A stretch of DNA of 64,000 bases. It comes from Nitrospinales bacterium. GTDB taxonomy: Bacteria > Nitrospinota > Nitrospinia > Nitrospinales > VA-1. The DNA lies in assembly GCA_965262115.1 (NCBI GenBank), contig OZ253496.1, positions 576,001 to 640,000 of the forward strand. The letters run 5' to 3'. Positions 12,967-23,619 of the stretch are shown one piece after another (the first letter of the stretch is position 1; every line of letters begins with the position of its first letter). Made by a program: the position numbers and the translations under genes. The notes under the pieces were generated by a model. That model worked only from the letters and a program-made list of their open reading frames with translations. It did no database searches and was not told the DNA's origin.

Positions 12967-14475
12967 TCAGTTTTTGAATAGGCCTTTAAATTCTTCGATA
13001 GCGGCTTGCAACTGGCTTTCGCTGTCGTCATCGAGTTTCTTGGCTTCTGTAATTTTATCAATCAATGCCTGGTGTTTGTCTTCCATAAAATTGAGCAGGC
13101 CGCTTTCAAATTTCTGGATATCGGCGACAGGGATATCGTCCACCAGACCCCGCACACCCGCGAAGAGGGAAATGATCTGCTGAACCACGCTCAAAGGTTT
13201 ATACTGACCCTGCTTGAGCAATTCCACCAACCGTTCGCCACGATGGAGCTGGGCCTGGGTTGCAGCATCCAGGTCACTGCCGAACTGCGCGAAGGCCGCC
13301 ATTTCGCGGTATTGCGCAAGGTCCAAACGTAAACTCCCCGCAACTTGTTTCATTCCCTTAATTTGTGCCGCACCGCCAACCCGGGATACTGAAAGCCCAA
13401 CGTTGATCGCGGGGCGTACTCCGGAATAAAACAGGTCGGTTTCCAGAAAAATCTGTCCATCCGTAATGGATATCACGTTGGTTGGAATGTATGCGGAAAC
13501 ATCACCCGCCTGGGTTTCGATGATCGGCAGAGCCGTCATGGAACCTGCTCCCAACTCGTCACTGACTTTCGCCGATCGCTCCAGCAATCGAGAATGCAGA
13601 AAGAAAACGTCACCCGGATAAGCCTCGCGCCCCGGAGGTCGTCTTAACAAAAGAGACACCTGTCTGTAGGCCGCCGCCTGTTTACTCAGATCGTCATAAA
13701 CGATCAGGCAATGTTGTCCATTATCACGAAAATATTCACCCATGGCGCATCCGGCATAAGGCGCGGTAAACTGCATCGGTGCCGGGTCACTGGCCGAAGC
13801 CGAAACAACGATGGTGTACTCCATCGCACCATGTTGCTCGAGCGTTTTAACCACTCGCGCAACGGTGGACCGTTTTTGGCCTATCGCTACGTAAATGCAG
13901 AACATGTTCTGCCCTTTTTGATTGATGATCGCATCAATGGCAACGGCGGTTTTGCCCGTTTGCCGGTCACCGATGATCAGTTCCCTCTGCCCACGGCCAA
14001 TAGGAATCATGCCATCGATAGCCTTGATCCCCGTCTGCATGGGTTCATGTACTGATTTCCGGTCAATAACGCCGGGCGCAATTCTTTCAACCGGGCCGAA
14101 TTTTTCTGTTTTGATCGGCCCCTTACCGTCAATGGGATGACCTATGCCATCTACAACCCTGCCGACCAATTCAGGGCCAATGGGAACTTCCATGATGCGC
14201 CCGGTCCGCTTGACCTCATCGCCTTCTTTAATATTATCGTCCCGGCCAAGCAGAACCGCCCCGACATTATCTTCTTCAAGGTTCAAGACCATGCCTGCGA
14301 GACCGCCGGGGAATTCCAAAAGCTCGCCGGACATGGCGTTTCCCAGGCCGTAAATACGCGCGATTCCATCCCCTACCGAAATCACCCGTCCGGTTTCTTT
14401 GAGCTCGATCCCTTCTTCAAAGCCTTCAATCTGCTTTTGAATCAAGGAACTGATTTCATCGGCTCGTAAATTCAC
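12967..14475 (-). CDS. atpA: ATP synthase F1 alpha subunit
   Basis: [31 protein letters not shown]. Confidence 0.99.
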   Translation of the reverse strand: MNLRADEISSLIQKQIEGFEEGIELKETGRVISVGDGIARIYGLGNAMSGELLEFPGGLAGMVLNLEEDNVGAVLLGRDDNIKEGDEVKRTGRIMEVPIGPELVGRVVDGIGHPIDGKGPIKTEKFGPVERIAPGVIDRKSVHEPMQTGIKAIDGMIPIGRGQRELIIGDRQTGKTAVAIDAIINQKGQNMFCIYVAIGQKRSTVARVVKTLEQHGAMEYTIVVSASASDPAPMQFTAPYAGCAMGEYFRDNGQHCLIVYDDLSKQAAAYRQVSLLLRRPPGREAYPGDVFFLHSRLLERSAKVSDELGAGSMTALPIIETQAGDVSAYIPTNVISITDGQIFLETDLFYSGVRPAINVGLSVSRVGGAAQIKGMKQVAGSLRLDLAQYREMAAFAQFGSDLDAATQAQLHRGERLVELLKQGQYKPLSVVQQIISLFAGVRGLVDDIPVADIQKFESGLLNFMEDKHQALIDKITEAKKLDDDSESQLQAAIEEFKGLFKN

Positions 14476-15027
14476 TTAGGCTACCTCCTCATTTTCTATT
14501 GTTCGTTTCAACATTTCCAAGCGGTTGCGAATGGTGTCATCCGCCACCTGGTCCCCGATGCGCAACATGACGCCGCCAATCAGCGACTCATCCACCTCGG
14601 TGTCGATCAAAATGGTTTTTCCTAAAATCTTATTCAGTGCGGCTTTCAACCAGTCGATGTTCTCATTGGTCAACGGATAGGCAGAAACGATATGGACTCG
14701 TATTCGGTTCAATCGGCGGTCCACCGCTTTTTCAAAGTATTCGACAATTTTCGCCAAATACAGCATCTTACCGCGCTCATTGAGCAAAACCAGCATATTG
14801 GATACATCGTCTGCTACCTGAAGCCGACTGCATATATCCCGAACCACGGTTTTTTTCTTTTCCGTAGCTATGGAAGGGTGCTTAAAAAAACGCGGCAACT
14901 GTTTTTCAGTATTCATGGCGTCTTCAAAGGACTGCAAATTTCCTAGGGCCTTTTCCAGCGCACCCGTGTCCGAAATACCCCCGGACAGCGCCTCGGCATA
15001 TCTTTTTCCAATCTGATTTTCCAGCAT
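14476..15027 (-). CDS. atpH: ATP synthase F1 delta subunit
   Basis: KRYAEAL, VDESLIGG; operon position. Confidence 0.95.
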   Translation of the reverse strand: MLENQIGKRYAEALSGGISDTGALEKALGNLQSFEDAMNTEKQLPRFFKHPSIATEKKKTVVRDICSRLQVADDVSNMLVLLNERGKMLYLAKIVEYFEKAVDRRLNRIRVHIVSAYPLTNENIDWLKAALNKILGKTILIDTEVDESLIGGVMLRIGDQVADDTIRNRLEMLKRTIENEEVA

Positions 15028-15049
15028 CGTTCAGCCTTAAATATGGGCG

Positions 15050-15577
15050 TCAATTATTCTGACGTTTTTCCAGTTCCGCAATCACCTGCTCAATGGACTC
15101 ATCCACAAGCTTTTTCTTATCTTCCTCACCCAGAACCTTTTTCAAAAACTTCTCTGTCGAGGCAATCGTCAAAGCCGCTGTGTAACTGCGGATTTCCTGA
15201 AGAAGCTTGTTGCGCAAGCTTAGAATTTCCTGCTCTGCATCTTTTTGAACCTGCCGGACTTTTGCTTCGGTTTCCTGAAGACTTTTTTCCTGATTCTTCT
15301 TGGCCTCATCATGGGCCAACTGCACAATCGTCTCGGCCTTGTCATGCGCGGCATTCAACGTTTCTTCCAGCTCCTTTTTGATTTGCTGCGCATCGTTTTT
15401 CAGCTTCTCGGAGTCTTTAATATCATCGCGGATTTTTTTATCGCGCATTTCCAGGGCTTCGAGAATAGGAGGAAAGGCGAATTTCTTGAGGATAAAAAAC
15501 AAAAGCCAGAAGGAAACCAGCGACCAGAAAATCAGCGAACCAAAAACAGAAACCTGTTCAAATTGAGGCATATCCAA
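15050..15577 (-). CDS. atpF: ATP synthase F0 subunit b
   Basis: MPQF, N-terminal TM, KFAFPPI then coiled coil. Confidence 0.93.
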   Translation of the reverse strand: MDMPQFEQVSVFGSLIFWSLVSFWLLFFILKKFAFPPILEALEMRDKKIRDDIKDSEKLKNDAQQIKKELEETLNAAHDKAETIVQLAHDEAKKNQEKSLQETEAKVRQVQKDAEQEILSLRNKLLQEIRSYTAALTIASTEKFLKKVLGEEDKKKLVDESIEQVIAELEKRQNN

Positions 15578-15629
15578 TCCTTAAAAAAAGTTCATCCAAC
15601 AGGGAAGTGGCACCCAGCCACCACCCTTT

Positions 15630-15851
15630 TCACGGCATGATGATAAAGGCAATAACCAACGCATACAGCGCGATCGCCTCTACTAGCGCAAAACCGATCC
15701 AGCAATATTTGGCAACCCGCGCCTCACAATTAGGCTGGCGCCCAACCGTCTCGATGGTTTTCGCGAAAATATAGGCGATCCCCAAGGCGGCCCCAAAAAA
15801 ACCGGCGGCACACAATCCCATTCCAATTAATGCAGCAGCTTCTGAACCCAT
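15630..15851 (-). CDS. atpE: ATP synthase F0 subunit c
   Basis: Two TM helices, RQP loop, GFALVEAIALY. Confidence 0.97.
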   Translation of the reverse strand: MGSEAAALIGMGLCAAGFFGAALGIAYIFAKTIETVGRQPNCEARVAKYCWIGFALVEAIALYALVIAFIIMP

Positions 15852-15887
15852 TCTTCCCTCCTACGAAAAGTTTGTGACAAAAAAATA

Positions 15888-16619
15888 TTAATGCAACTTG
15901 ACCACATCGCCAATGTAAACACAAGTGAGCGTTGTGAAAATATAAGCTTGAATAAACGCAATGGCGATTTCCAATCCGTTAATAATAATCGTGAATCCAA
16001 AAGGCATCCAGCCCACCCACAGTGGCGACGTCATAGCAAGCCCGAACAACACTGCAAGAATAGTATGCCCTGCCGTCATATTGGCGAACAACCGAACCGC
16101 AAGCGAAATAGGACGCGCCAGCATACTGACAAGTTCAATGGGAACCATTAAAGGAATCATGATCTTGGGAACCCCCGGCGGCACAAGAATGCCAAAAAAA
16201 CCCAAGCCATGTTTGCTAAATCCGATCACCAGAGTCATGATAAAAATGCCGCAGGCAAACGCCCCGGTCACCACCACCTGGCTGGTGATTGTGTAAGAGC
16301 CCGGCACCAGCCCGATCAGGTTGCAGGCCAGAATAAATAGAAACAGGGTGGCAATAAACGGAACATATTTTTTGCCCTCTTCTTCGCCGATAAACTCAAA
16401 GACCAGGTTGCGTATGAATTCCAGGACAATTTCCAGAATGCTCTGCAGTTTTCCCGGTATGGGAGAAACCCCCCGCTTCACTACCAGCATGAAGCTTCCG
16501 GCAACGATGGCTAACCCCACCCACATCGCCACCACCGCGTTGTTGATGGAAAGATCCAGCCCCCCTATATGGATAGGAATAATATTGTGAACTTCAAAAT
16601 GATGTAACGGACTTTCCAT
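15888..16619 (-). CDS. atpB: ATP synthase F0 subunit a
   Basis: RPISLAVRLFANMTAGH, FIQAYIF. Confidence 0.98.
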   Translation of the reverse strand: MESPLHHFEVHNIIPIHIGGLDLSINNAVVAMWVGLAIVAGSFMLVVKRGVSPIPGKLQSILEIVLEFIRNLVFEFIGEEEGKKYVPFIATLFLFILACNLIGLVPGSYTITSQVVVTGAFACGIFIMTLVIGFSKHGLGFFGILVPPGVPKIMIPLMVPIELVSMLARPISLAVRLFANMTAGHTILAVLFGLAMTSPLWVGWMPFGFTIIINGLEIAIAFIQAYIFTTLTCVYIGDVVKLH

Positions 16620-16637
16620 AGTTCAGTCTAATCCAAA

Positions 16638-16880
16638 TCAGGAATTGTTATTATTATCGTCATCGTCTTCCATATCCAACAACATCGCCGCCCGATAAAC
16701 GTTCAAACACCCTGCGGCCCCTCCCACTATAACCCCGACTGCCAAACCCCAAGGCCGTGTGCCGAAAAATCGATCCAAGCCATGACCTAGCAAAGCGCCT
16801 ATTAACGTGGCTACCGTCAGTTCAGTTCCCAATCTGAACGCTATCTGCATACCTTGACGGAGACCGTTGTTTTTACTCAT
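16638..16880 (-). CDS. AtpZ/AtpI-family membrane protein
   Basis: Two TM segments with GxxLDRxFGTxPW; first gene of the atp operon. Confidence 0.88.
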   Translation of the reverse strand: MSKNNGLRQGMQIAFRLGTELTVATLIGALLGHGLDRFFGTRPWGLAVGVIVGGAAGCLNVYRAAMLLDMEDDDDNNNNS

Positions 16881-17124
16881 TAATTTAACGCTCGGGAGGA
16901 ACCGTGTGGCAGGAAATCGGGCCCATCGTACCTCAACGGTCCAAGGTTGTCCAAAAAAATATTTTCACGGCCAAACCCACCTAAACACTTGAAAATCCGC
17001 CCTGAATGCTAGCAAATCAGGCATCAAACCAGGAGCAGGACGCATTCTTTTCATCACCAGTGCGCCTTGAAGGCCCGGCTCCTGTTCACAACTGAATTTT
17101 AAAATGGGTTTTTTAACACTTAAT

Positions 17125-17451
17125 TTAATAAGGAAGGGTTCCGTATTCGGTTTCATATGCCTCAATGGGAATCATCTCAATCGCATCCCAGGGGCAACCT
17201 TCTAAGAAAGTATCCATTGGACCTTTACTGATACACTTTTTACAACCAATGCACAGCAAAGGATCTACATAGACAAGGTTAAAAGCCGGAGCATGTTCAT
17301 TTTCCACCTCATACATACAATTGTCGACCGGACACTCGGTGATGCAGATGGGTGACCCAGCGCAACCGGTACAGGCCTCGTTGATAACGGCCATTAGTTT
17401 AGGTTTTCGTTTTCTCTGTACGTTTCGCTTGGCTTTTTCTTTGGTGGCCAT
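17125..17451 (-). CDS. 2x[4Fe-4S] ferredoxin-like protein
   Basis: CTGC...C...CP and CIGCKKC...CPWDAI. Confidence 0.9.
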   Translation of the reverse strand: MATKEKAKRNVQRKRKPKLMAVINEACTGCAGSPICITECPVDNCMYEVENEHAPAFNLVYVDPLLCIGCKKCISKGPMDTFLEGCPWDAIEMIPIEAYETEYGTLPY

Positions 17452-17574
17452 GAATCTATCCTATCAGTTCAATGGGGTATTCCAAACAATTGTAACAAAA
17501 CCGTCGGGGATTATAACCCCAATCTATCCATCATTTCAATATTTTCAGGGACCAAGAATGAGAAAAAATTAAAG

Positions 17575-17760
17575 GGGTCCTGTAGCCTTCCACCCGGTTA
17601 TGCGGTCGGATCAGGGATATCTGTAGCAAAACCTTAGACCCTTTTTGATTTACACCCAAGAGCCGCTGTATTAAGATAAAGGTGGATTCGCGATAAGTTC
17701 AACTCCTTAAAGGAGTTGTGGCTATTCCGCTTTTCTATACCGGGCTGTAAACCGGATTTT
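17575..17760. ncRNA. Candidate structured ncRNA (6S RNA-like long hairpin)
   Basis: ~185-nt intergenic stretch; ends pair (cccggttat/ataccggg, gcgg/ccgc, tgtagcc/ggctgta); internal caactcc-ttaaa-ggagttg hairpin; strand unresolved. Confidence 0.45.
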
Positions 17761-17828
17761 CAAACAAGAAACCCTTCCCTGTACTTCTTTCCGTTGTTGG
17801 AAGAATAGGTGAATCCAGTGTTTTTGCC

Positions 17829-18842
17829 ATGTCATTCAAATCGATTCTGGGCCAGTCACAGCCTAAAAAAATACTGACCAACGCACTCCAAAACAGCAGT
17901 GTCGCCCACGCCTACCTGTTTTATGGACCAGAGAGCGTCGGCAAAAAAAAGTTAGCCATTGCCTTGGCCAAAGCTCTCAACTGCAAAGGGGCAGACTCAT
18001 TGGATGCTTGCGATGAGTGCGAATCCTGCCGGAAAATTGAGCGCGGTATCCATCCTGATTTTTTCTATCTCGAACCGGTCAAAAGCACCCCAACCTCTCG
18101 CGAAGCAGTCATTAAAATAGAAGCGATTCGCGAACTGCAAAAAAAACTGGCCTACCTACCGTATGAGGGGAAAACAAAAGTTGTGGTGATCGATTCTGCT
18201 GAACTCATGAACCCGCAAGCCATGAACTCCTTTTTAAAGACGTTGGAAGAACCGCCCTCTTCCACCGTGCTGTTACTGATCTCTTCCAATCCCAACAGGA
18301 TGTTGCCGACTCTGCTTTCGAGGTGTCAGGGAATCCAGTTTCACCGCCTCGCTTCCTCAGATATCCGGACGATCATCCAATCCCAGCCTCAGGAGGAAGG
18401 AAAGCCGTGGACAGAATCAGAACTTGATTTTCGTGTTCAACGGTCACAGGGAAGCGTGGACCGGGCTCTGGCTGAAGACATCGACGAAATAGAAAATTTA
18501 AGAGAACAATTGCTGGAAGTTCTGGAAAAAGTGTCTTTCGACCGCATGGATATTGTGTTCGCCTTTGCCAAAGCCTGGGCAAGAAATACCGAACAGCCCG
18601 TGTTGAACGAATTATTGGGTTTGATTCGCGACCTGGCTCTTTATCGTTCAGGTTGCGCTCAATCTGATATCCAAAACGGAGATTTATCCGCTAAAATGAT
18701 ACCGATTGCTCAAACCCGCAGTCTCAAAGCCTGGCTCGATCGATTCACCGCCGTGCGTAATACCCAGATCGCTTTGTCTGGCAACGCCAATGCCCAGTTG
18801 TTTCTTGAAAACATGCTCATCGAATTTTGTGAGGCCGCATAA
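17829..18842 (+). CDS. holB: DNA polymerase III delta' subunit
   Basis: HAYLFYGPESVGK, Cys4 Zn module, HPDF, LKTLEEPP, SRC. Confidence 0.95.
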   Translation: MSFKSILGQSQPKKILTNALQNSSVAHAYLFYGPESVGKKKLAIALAKALNCKGADSLDACDECESCRKIERGIHPDFFYLEPVKSTPTSREAVIKIEAIRELQKKLAYLPYEGKTKVVVIDSAELMNPQAMNSFLKTLEEPPSSTVLLLISSNPNRMLPTLLSRCQGIQFHRLASSDIRTIIQSQPQEEGKPWTESELDFRVQRSQGSVDRALAEDIDEIENLREQLLEVLEKVSFDRMDIVFAFAKAWARNTEQPVLNELLGLIRDLALYRSGCAQSDIQNGDLSAKMIPIAQTRSLKAWLDRFTAVRNTQIALSGNANAQLFLENMLIEFCEAA

Positions 18843-18847
18843 AACTT

Positions 18848-19735
18848 ATGAATACCGTTGTTGAAGAAAAATCCCAAAATCCTTCTGCGAAGGAACCACC
18901 CAAGTTTGTGATCGGGGTACGAATCCTCGAGCAGATTAAATCGGGACAATATAATCCGGCTGACTTAAAGCTGAAGGTCGGGATGACGGTGATGGTCAAC
19001 ACTCACCAGGGTTTGAAAATGGGGGTGGTGGCCTCAAACAAAGTCCTTAATTTTAAAAAGAACAGTCAGGAGAGCCGGGTATTGCGCATCGCCAATGACA
19101 ACGATTTCCAGGCGGAAAATCGGCGGCATCAAGTCGAGGGAAAAGCCAAAACCCTGTGCGGCGACAAAATTATAGAACTGAAACTGCCGATGAACCTTAG
19201 CCGGGTGGTGCACCAGCCGCATATGAACAAAACAATTTTTTTCTTCACCGCCGAAGGTCGGGTGGACTTTCGCCAATTGATCCGCGACCTGGCTTCCAAC
19301 CTGCGCCACCGCATTGAGATGAAACAAGTGGGAGTGCGTGACGAGGCCAAGGTCATAGGAGGCTATGGGGTGTGTGGAGAAACACTTTGCTGTTCCACCT
19401 GGCTTCCTGACTTCACACCCGTGACCATAAAAATGGCCAAAAATCAGGGGATGGCGCTCAACCCCAGCAAAATTTCCGGCGTATGTGGACGGCTCATGTG
19501 TTGCCTGCAATATGAGCACGACAACTACAAAGCCCTCATCAAAAACCTGCCCCGGGTAAACAGCCATATCCAAACTCCGGACGGCCCTGGTCGAGTGCTT
19601 AAAAATGAAATTCTGGAACAGCGTGTCGTGGTTCTGCTGGAAGATGAAAGTATAATGACCTATCCTATCGGTGAACTACCAAAACCTCAAGATTCTCAGA
19701 AACCTCAAAGCTCTCAAATTCCTCAAAAACCCTGA
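18848..19735 (+). CDS. ricT: PSP1-domain protein (RicT/YaaT)
   Basis: FTAEGRVDFR, CGETLCC, ISGVCGRLMCCLQYE; holB-yaaT-metG synteny. Confidence 0.9.
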   Translation: MNTVVEEKSQNPSAKEPPKFVIGVRILEQIKSGQYNPADLKLKVGMTVMVNTHQGLKMGVVASNKVLNFKKNSQESRVLRIANDNDFQAENRRHQVEGKAKTLCGDKIIELKLPMNLSRVVHQPHMNKTIFFFTAEGRVDFRQLIRDLASNLRHRIEMKQVGVRDEAKVIGGYGVCGETLCCSTWLPDFTPVTIKMAKNQGMALNPSKISGVCGRLMCCLQYEHDNYKALIKNLPRVNSHIQTPDGPGRVLKNEILEQRVVVLLEDESIMTYPIGELPKPQDSQKPQSSQIPQKP

Positions 19736-19752
19736 AGCTGAAAAACCATTCC

Positions 19753-21669
19753 ATGCCACAAGACAAGTTTTATATCACCACCCCAATTTATTATGTGAAC
19801 GATGTTCCGCATATCGGCCATGCCTACACAACCATCGCGGCGGATGTGGTGGCCCGTTACAAACGTCTGGAAGGTTATGAAGTCTTTTTCCTGACCGGCA
19901 CCGATGAGCATGGACAAAAAGTCCAGCAGGCCGCCAATGACCTGAGTGTGAGTCCAAAGGAGCATGTCGACAAAATGCATCAGCGGTTCAAAGAACTCTG
20001 GGTGCGGCTTAATATTTCCAACAGCGATTTCATCCGCACCACCGAAGAGCGGCACAAGAAATTAGTCCGCAACATTCTTCAGGAACTCCACTCCAAGGAT
20101 GAAATTTACCGGGACAGCTATGAAGGTTGGTATTGCACACCCTGCGAACGGTTCTGGACCGAGAAAGACCTCGCACAAGGCAACTGCCCGGAATGCCAAC
20201 GCAAGGTGGAAAAGATTAAAGAACATAATTATTTTTTTCGCATGGGAAAATATCAGGAATGGTTGATTGATCGAATTAAGAACGACCCGCATTTCATTCT
20301 TCCCGCTTCCCGAAGAAATGAAGTGCTCGGTTTTCTCGATAAACCGCTCGAAGATTTATGCATATCAAGGCCCAAATCCCGGCTGCCCTGGGGTATCCCC
20401 CTGCCCTTCGACGAGGAATACGTCACCTATGTCTGGTTCGATGCACTGATCAACTACATCTCCATCCATGGTTCACTGGACAATATCAAAGCATCCGGAT
20501 TCTGGCCCGCCGATCACAATATGGTGGGCAAAGATATTCTCACCACCCATGCAGTGTACTGGTCCACCATGCTGAAAGCCATCGGACTGGAGCCACCAAA
20601 AAATATTTTCGCGCATGGCTGGTGGACAGTGAACGGACAAAAAATGTCCAAGTCATTACAGAATGTTGTGGAGCCCAATCAGTTGATCGAGCAGTTCGGG
20701 GTCGATGTCATCCGCTATTTTCTTCTTCGCGAAGTTCCTTTCGGACTGGATGGCGACTTCTCGCACAAAGCCCTCATAGGCAGGCTCAACAGCGATCTGG
20801 CCAACAACCTCGGCAATTTACTGAATCGAACCGTCAATATGATGAAAAAATATTGTGGTGGAGTCGTCCCCACTCCGGCTACAGCCGGTCCGGAAGACGA
20901 ACCCTTAACCACCAAAGCCGGAGAAGTCATTGCTGAAGTGCGCAAACTTTATGGCGAACTGGCTTACAATAAAATCCTGCAAAAAATCTGGGAGCTGGTG
21001 GATACCACTAATCAATACATCGATAAAACCGGGCCCTGGAATTTAGCCAAAACTGATGAGGGCAAAGAACGGCTAAAAACAGTGATGTATAACTCGGCAG
21101 AATCGCTTCGAGTGCTGGGAGTTTTATTGAATCCCTTTATGCCAACGAGCACCGAGGCCTTGATGAAACAACTGGGTGCAGAGACTTCGATTGAAGATCA
21201 AGGCATGAGATCCATCAACGAATGGGGTGGACTGAAACCGGAAAGTCAAACACAAAAGGCCAAGCAATTATTCCCAAGAATTGAAGACAAACAGGCAGAA
21301 AAGATTCTTGCTGAACTTGCCGCACCAAAAAAAGATAATAAAGACAGCCAGATCACCATCGACGAGTTCATGAAAGTGGAACTGAAAACGGGTAAAATTC
21401 TCGAAGCAGAGAAAGTTAAAAAATCCAAAAAACTCATTCAACTTAAAGTCGATATCGGCACCGAGACCCGACAGGTACTCGTCGGCATTGCCGAAAGTTA
21501 TGAACCGGAAGACCTCGTTGGCCGAACAGTGATCATCGTTGCCAACTTGAAGCCGGCCAAACTCATGGGCATCGAGTCGCAGGGCATGGTGCTGGCAGCA
21601 AGCAATGACGGAAAAATCCTGCTGGCCGGATTCGACCAGGAACCAGGACAAGGAATCCAGGTAAGATGA
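19753..21669 (+). CDS. metG: Methionine--tRNA ligase with C-terminal tRNA-binding domain
   Basis: HIGH, KMSKS, YVWFDAL, ANLKP...SQGM. Confidence 0.99.
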   Translation: MPQDKFYITTPIYYVNDVPHIGHAYTTIAADVVARYKRLEGYEVFFLTGTDEHGQKVQQAANDLSVSPKEHVDKMHQRFKELWVRLNISNSDFIRTTEERHKKLVRNILQELHSKDEIYRDSYEGWYCTPCERFWTEKDLAQGNCPECQRKVEKIKEHNYFFRMGKYQEWLIDRIKNDPHFILPASRRNEVLGFLDKPLEDLCISRPKSRLPWGIPLPFDEEYVTYVWFDALINYISIHGSLDNIKASGFWPADHNMVGKDILTTHAVYWSTMLKAIGLEPPKNIFAHGWWTVNGQKMSKSLQNVVEPNQLIEQFGVDVIRYFLLREVPFGLDGDFSHKALIGRLNSDLANNLGNLLNRTVNMMKKYCGGVVPTPATAGPEDEPLTTKAGEVIAEVRKLYGELAYNKILQKIWELVDTTNQYIDKTGPWNLAKTDEGKERLKTVMYNSAESLRVLGVLLNPFMPTSTEALMKQLGAETSIEDQGMRSINEWGGLKPESQTQKAKQLFPRIEDKQAEKILAELAAPKKDNKDSQITIDEFMKVELKTGKILEAEKVKKSKKLIQLKVDIGTETRQVLVGIAESYEPEDLVGRTVIIVANLKPAKLMGIESQGMVLAASNDGKILLAGFDQEPGQGIQVR

Positions 21670-23057
21670 TTATTGACACCCACGCACATATTGATGTTGC
21701 CGATTTCGACGAAGATCGCGAAGCGGTGATCGAACGCGCCCGCGAAAACGGTGTTCAATACATGCTCAATATCGGTTGCGATGTCGAAAGCAGTTACCGC
21801 TCCATGGAACTGTCGGAGCAGTATGATTTCATTTACGCCACTGCTGGCGTCCACCCGCACGATGTTAAATCCATCGATGCAGACACCTACGCCCACTTGC
21901 GACAACTGTTGCTTCACCCTAAAGTCATCGCTTTAGGCGAGATCGGACTCGACTTCTTCAAAAACTATTCCCCGCAGGATCAACAGCGCACCCATTTCCG
22001 CAAACAGATCCAGCTTGCCCGAGAAATGAACAAGCCCATCATCATACACAGCCGGGACGCCAAAGAAGATATCATCGCTATCCTCTCGGAGTTTTACCCG
22101 AAGGACCCGACCGCGCTTTCGGGAATCTTTCACTGCTTTTCCGGAGATCAGGAACTGGCCGACAAAGCCTTGGAAATGGGATTTTATATCTCCTTTTCCG
22201 GTTCGGTAACTTTTAAAAAAGCCGAAGTCCTACGGGAGGTGGCAAAGACCGTTCCGGCAGACCGGCTGTTCGCCGAAACCGATTGCCCTTACCTGACTCC
22301 CGTTCCTCATCGAGGCAAACGCAACGAACCGGCCTACGTGAACTTCACCGCCGAAAAACTTGCGGAAATTCGCGGACTGAAAATTGAAGATGTACAACGC
22401 ACCATGGCTCTCAACTTCTTCGAACTGTTCGGAATTGGGGAAAACGCCAAAACCGGAACGGTGTCTTATAAAATCCGCAACTCGCTTTACTTGAACCTGA
22501 CGCAACGGTGCACAGCGGATTGCGTGTTCTGCACCCGTCTGACCAAGCCAGTCGTCCAAGGTCATAATCTGGCACTGGATCGGGAACCAACCGCGAAAGA
22601 AGTCTGGGATTCCATCGACGATGTTAAAAATTATGACGAGATCGTTTTCTGCGGGTTTGGAGAGCCAACATTGAGACTAGATGTTATCAAGGAGGTGGCG
22701 CAAAAAATAAAAGACGCCGGAGGGCGTGTACGGCTCAACACTAATGGTCACGGCAACGTCATCAACAAGCGCAATATTCTTCCTGAACTGTCAGGGCTGA
22801 TCGATGAAGTTTCCGTGAGCCTCAACACCGATACTTCTGAGGCCTACGACGAAATCTGCCAGCCTCTACCCATGTTCCGAAACGGCATCTACGACAAGAT
22901 TAAAGAATTCATCGCCGAAGCAAAAAAGCATATTCCCGAAGTGCAGGCCACCATCGTCACGCACCAGAAGAATGTGAACGAAGCCCAATGCGAAACCATC
23001 GTCAATGAGGAATTCGGAGTAAAATACCGACCTCGAAGATACAATATAGTAGGTTAA
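21666..23057 (+). CDS. tatD: TatD-family nuclease fused to a radical SAM domain
   Basis: DTHAH, GEIGLD, ETDCPY in the N-terminal part; CTADCVFC and FCGFGEP in the C-terminal part. Confidence 0.92.
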   Translation: MIIDTHAHIDVADFDEDREAVIERARENGVQYMLNIGCDVESSYRSMELSEQYDFIYATAGVHPHDVKSIDADTYAHLRQLLLHPKVIALGEIGLDFFKNYSPQDQQRTHFRKQIQLAREMNKPIIIHSRDAKEDIIAILSEFYPKDPTALSGIFHCFSGDQELADKALEMGFYISFSGSVTFKKAEVLREVAKTVPADRLFAETDCPYLTPVPHRGKRNEPAYVNFTAEKLAEIRGLKIEDVQRTMALNFFELFGIGENAKTGTVSYKIRNSLYLNLTQRCTADCVFCTRLTKPVVQGHNLALDREPTAKEVWDSIDDVKNYDEIVFCGFGEPTLRLDVIKEVAQKIKDAGGRVRLNTNGHGNVINKRNILPELSGLIDEVSVSLNTDTSEAYDEICQPLPMFRNGIYDKIKEFIAEAKKHIPEVQATIVTHQKNVNEAQCETIVNEEFGVKYRPRRYNIVG

Positions 23058-23120
23058 GCGGCGAACCGCCGCAGGTAAATAGCAATAACTTATCTTGTGT
23101 ACAAGGAAATATCTCGGCTG

Positions 23121-23561
23121 ATGGAGAACGCTGAAAGTCCTACAATCAATCAAAATACTCACCCCCCGCGAGGCGGGGTTGGTTGGGTTTAGCTGGGTGC
23201 GGGTTTGGCCGGGTTGAGCGTTATGCTCGGCGCATTTGGTGCGCATTCTTTAAAAGCCCAACTGACTGAAAAAAAACTCGCCACCTTTCACACTGCAACT
23301 GACTACCTCGGCTACCATGCTCTGGCATTGATCGCCATTGGCATCCTGATGCTGGTTCTTGATAACGAGATTCGCGCAAAACTGAAACGGTCGGCTCGCT
23401 GGATCAGCAGCGGCATTGTCTTATTCAGTGGCAGCCTTTATGGGCTCGCCTTTGAAGGCCCCCGTTTTTTGGGACCCCTCACTCCTCTGGGTGGACTCTG
23501 CTTCATGATCGGCTGGTTCACGTTGGCTTACAGTCTTTTTAAATATTCCCGTACTAAATAA
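23121..23561 (+). CDS. DUF423 (YgdD/TMEM256) membrane protein with an in-frame TAG at 23190, or a shorter start at 23205
   Basis: GAFGAH, FSGSLY, TPLGGLCFMIGW; upstream in-frame ATG 23121 is separated from the rest by a single TAG. Confidence 0.8.
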
Positions 23562-23591
23562 AAAAGGCTCGGGTTCACCCCGAGCCTTTTT
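23560..23591. terminator. Bidirectional intrinsic terminator
   Basis: aaaaaa-ggctcggg-ttcac-cccgagcc-ttttt between convergent genes. Confidence 0.9.
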
Positions 23592-23619
23592 AACAACTTT
23601 ACCTATATAAAAAGAAATG

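Noticed and set aside
17610..17665. c-di-GMP-I riboswitch (gggtctaagg on the minus strand)
   Set aside because: The GGCAAA/GAAA-tetraloop/CGCAAA elements of the first half are missing.
23190..23192. In-frame TAG codons (23190, 57973) as stop-codon reassignment or pyrrolysine
   Set aside because: TAG ends ordinary genes here (e.g. ppiC, DsrE), TAA lesions and frameshifts also occur, and no pyl genes are visible.
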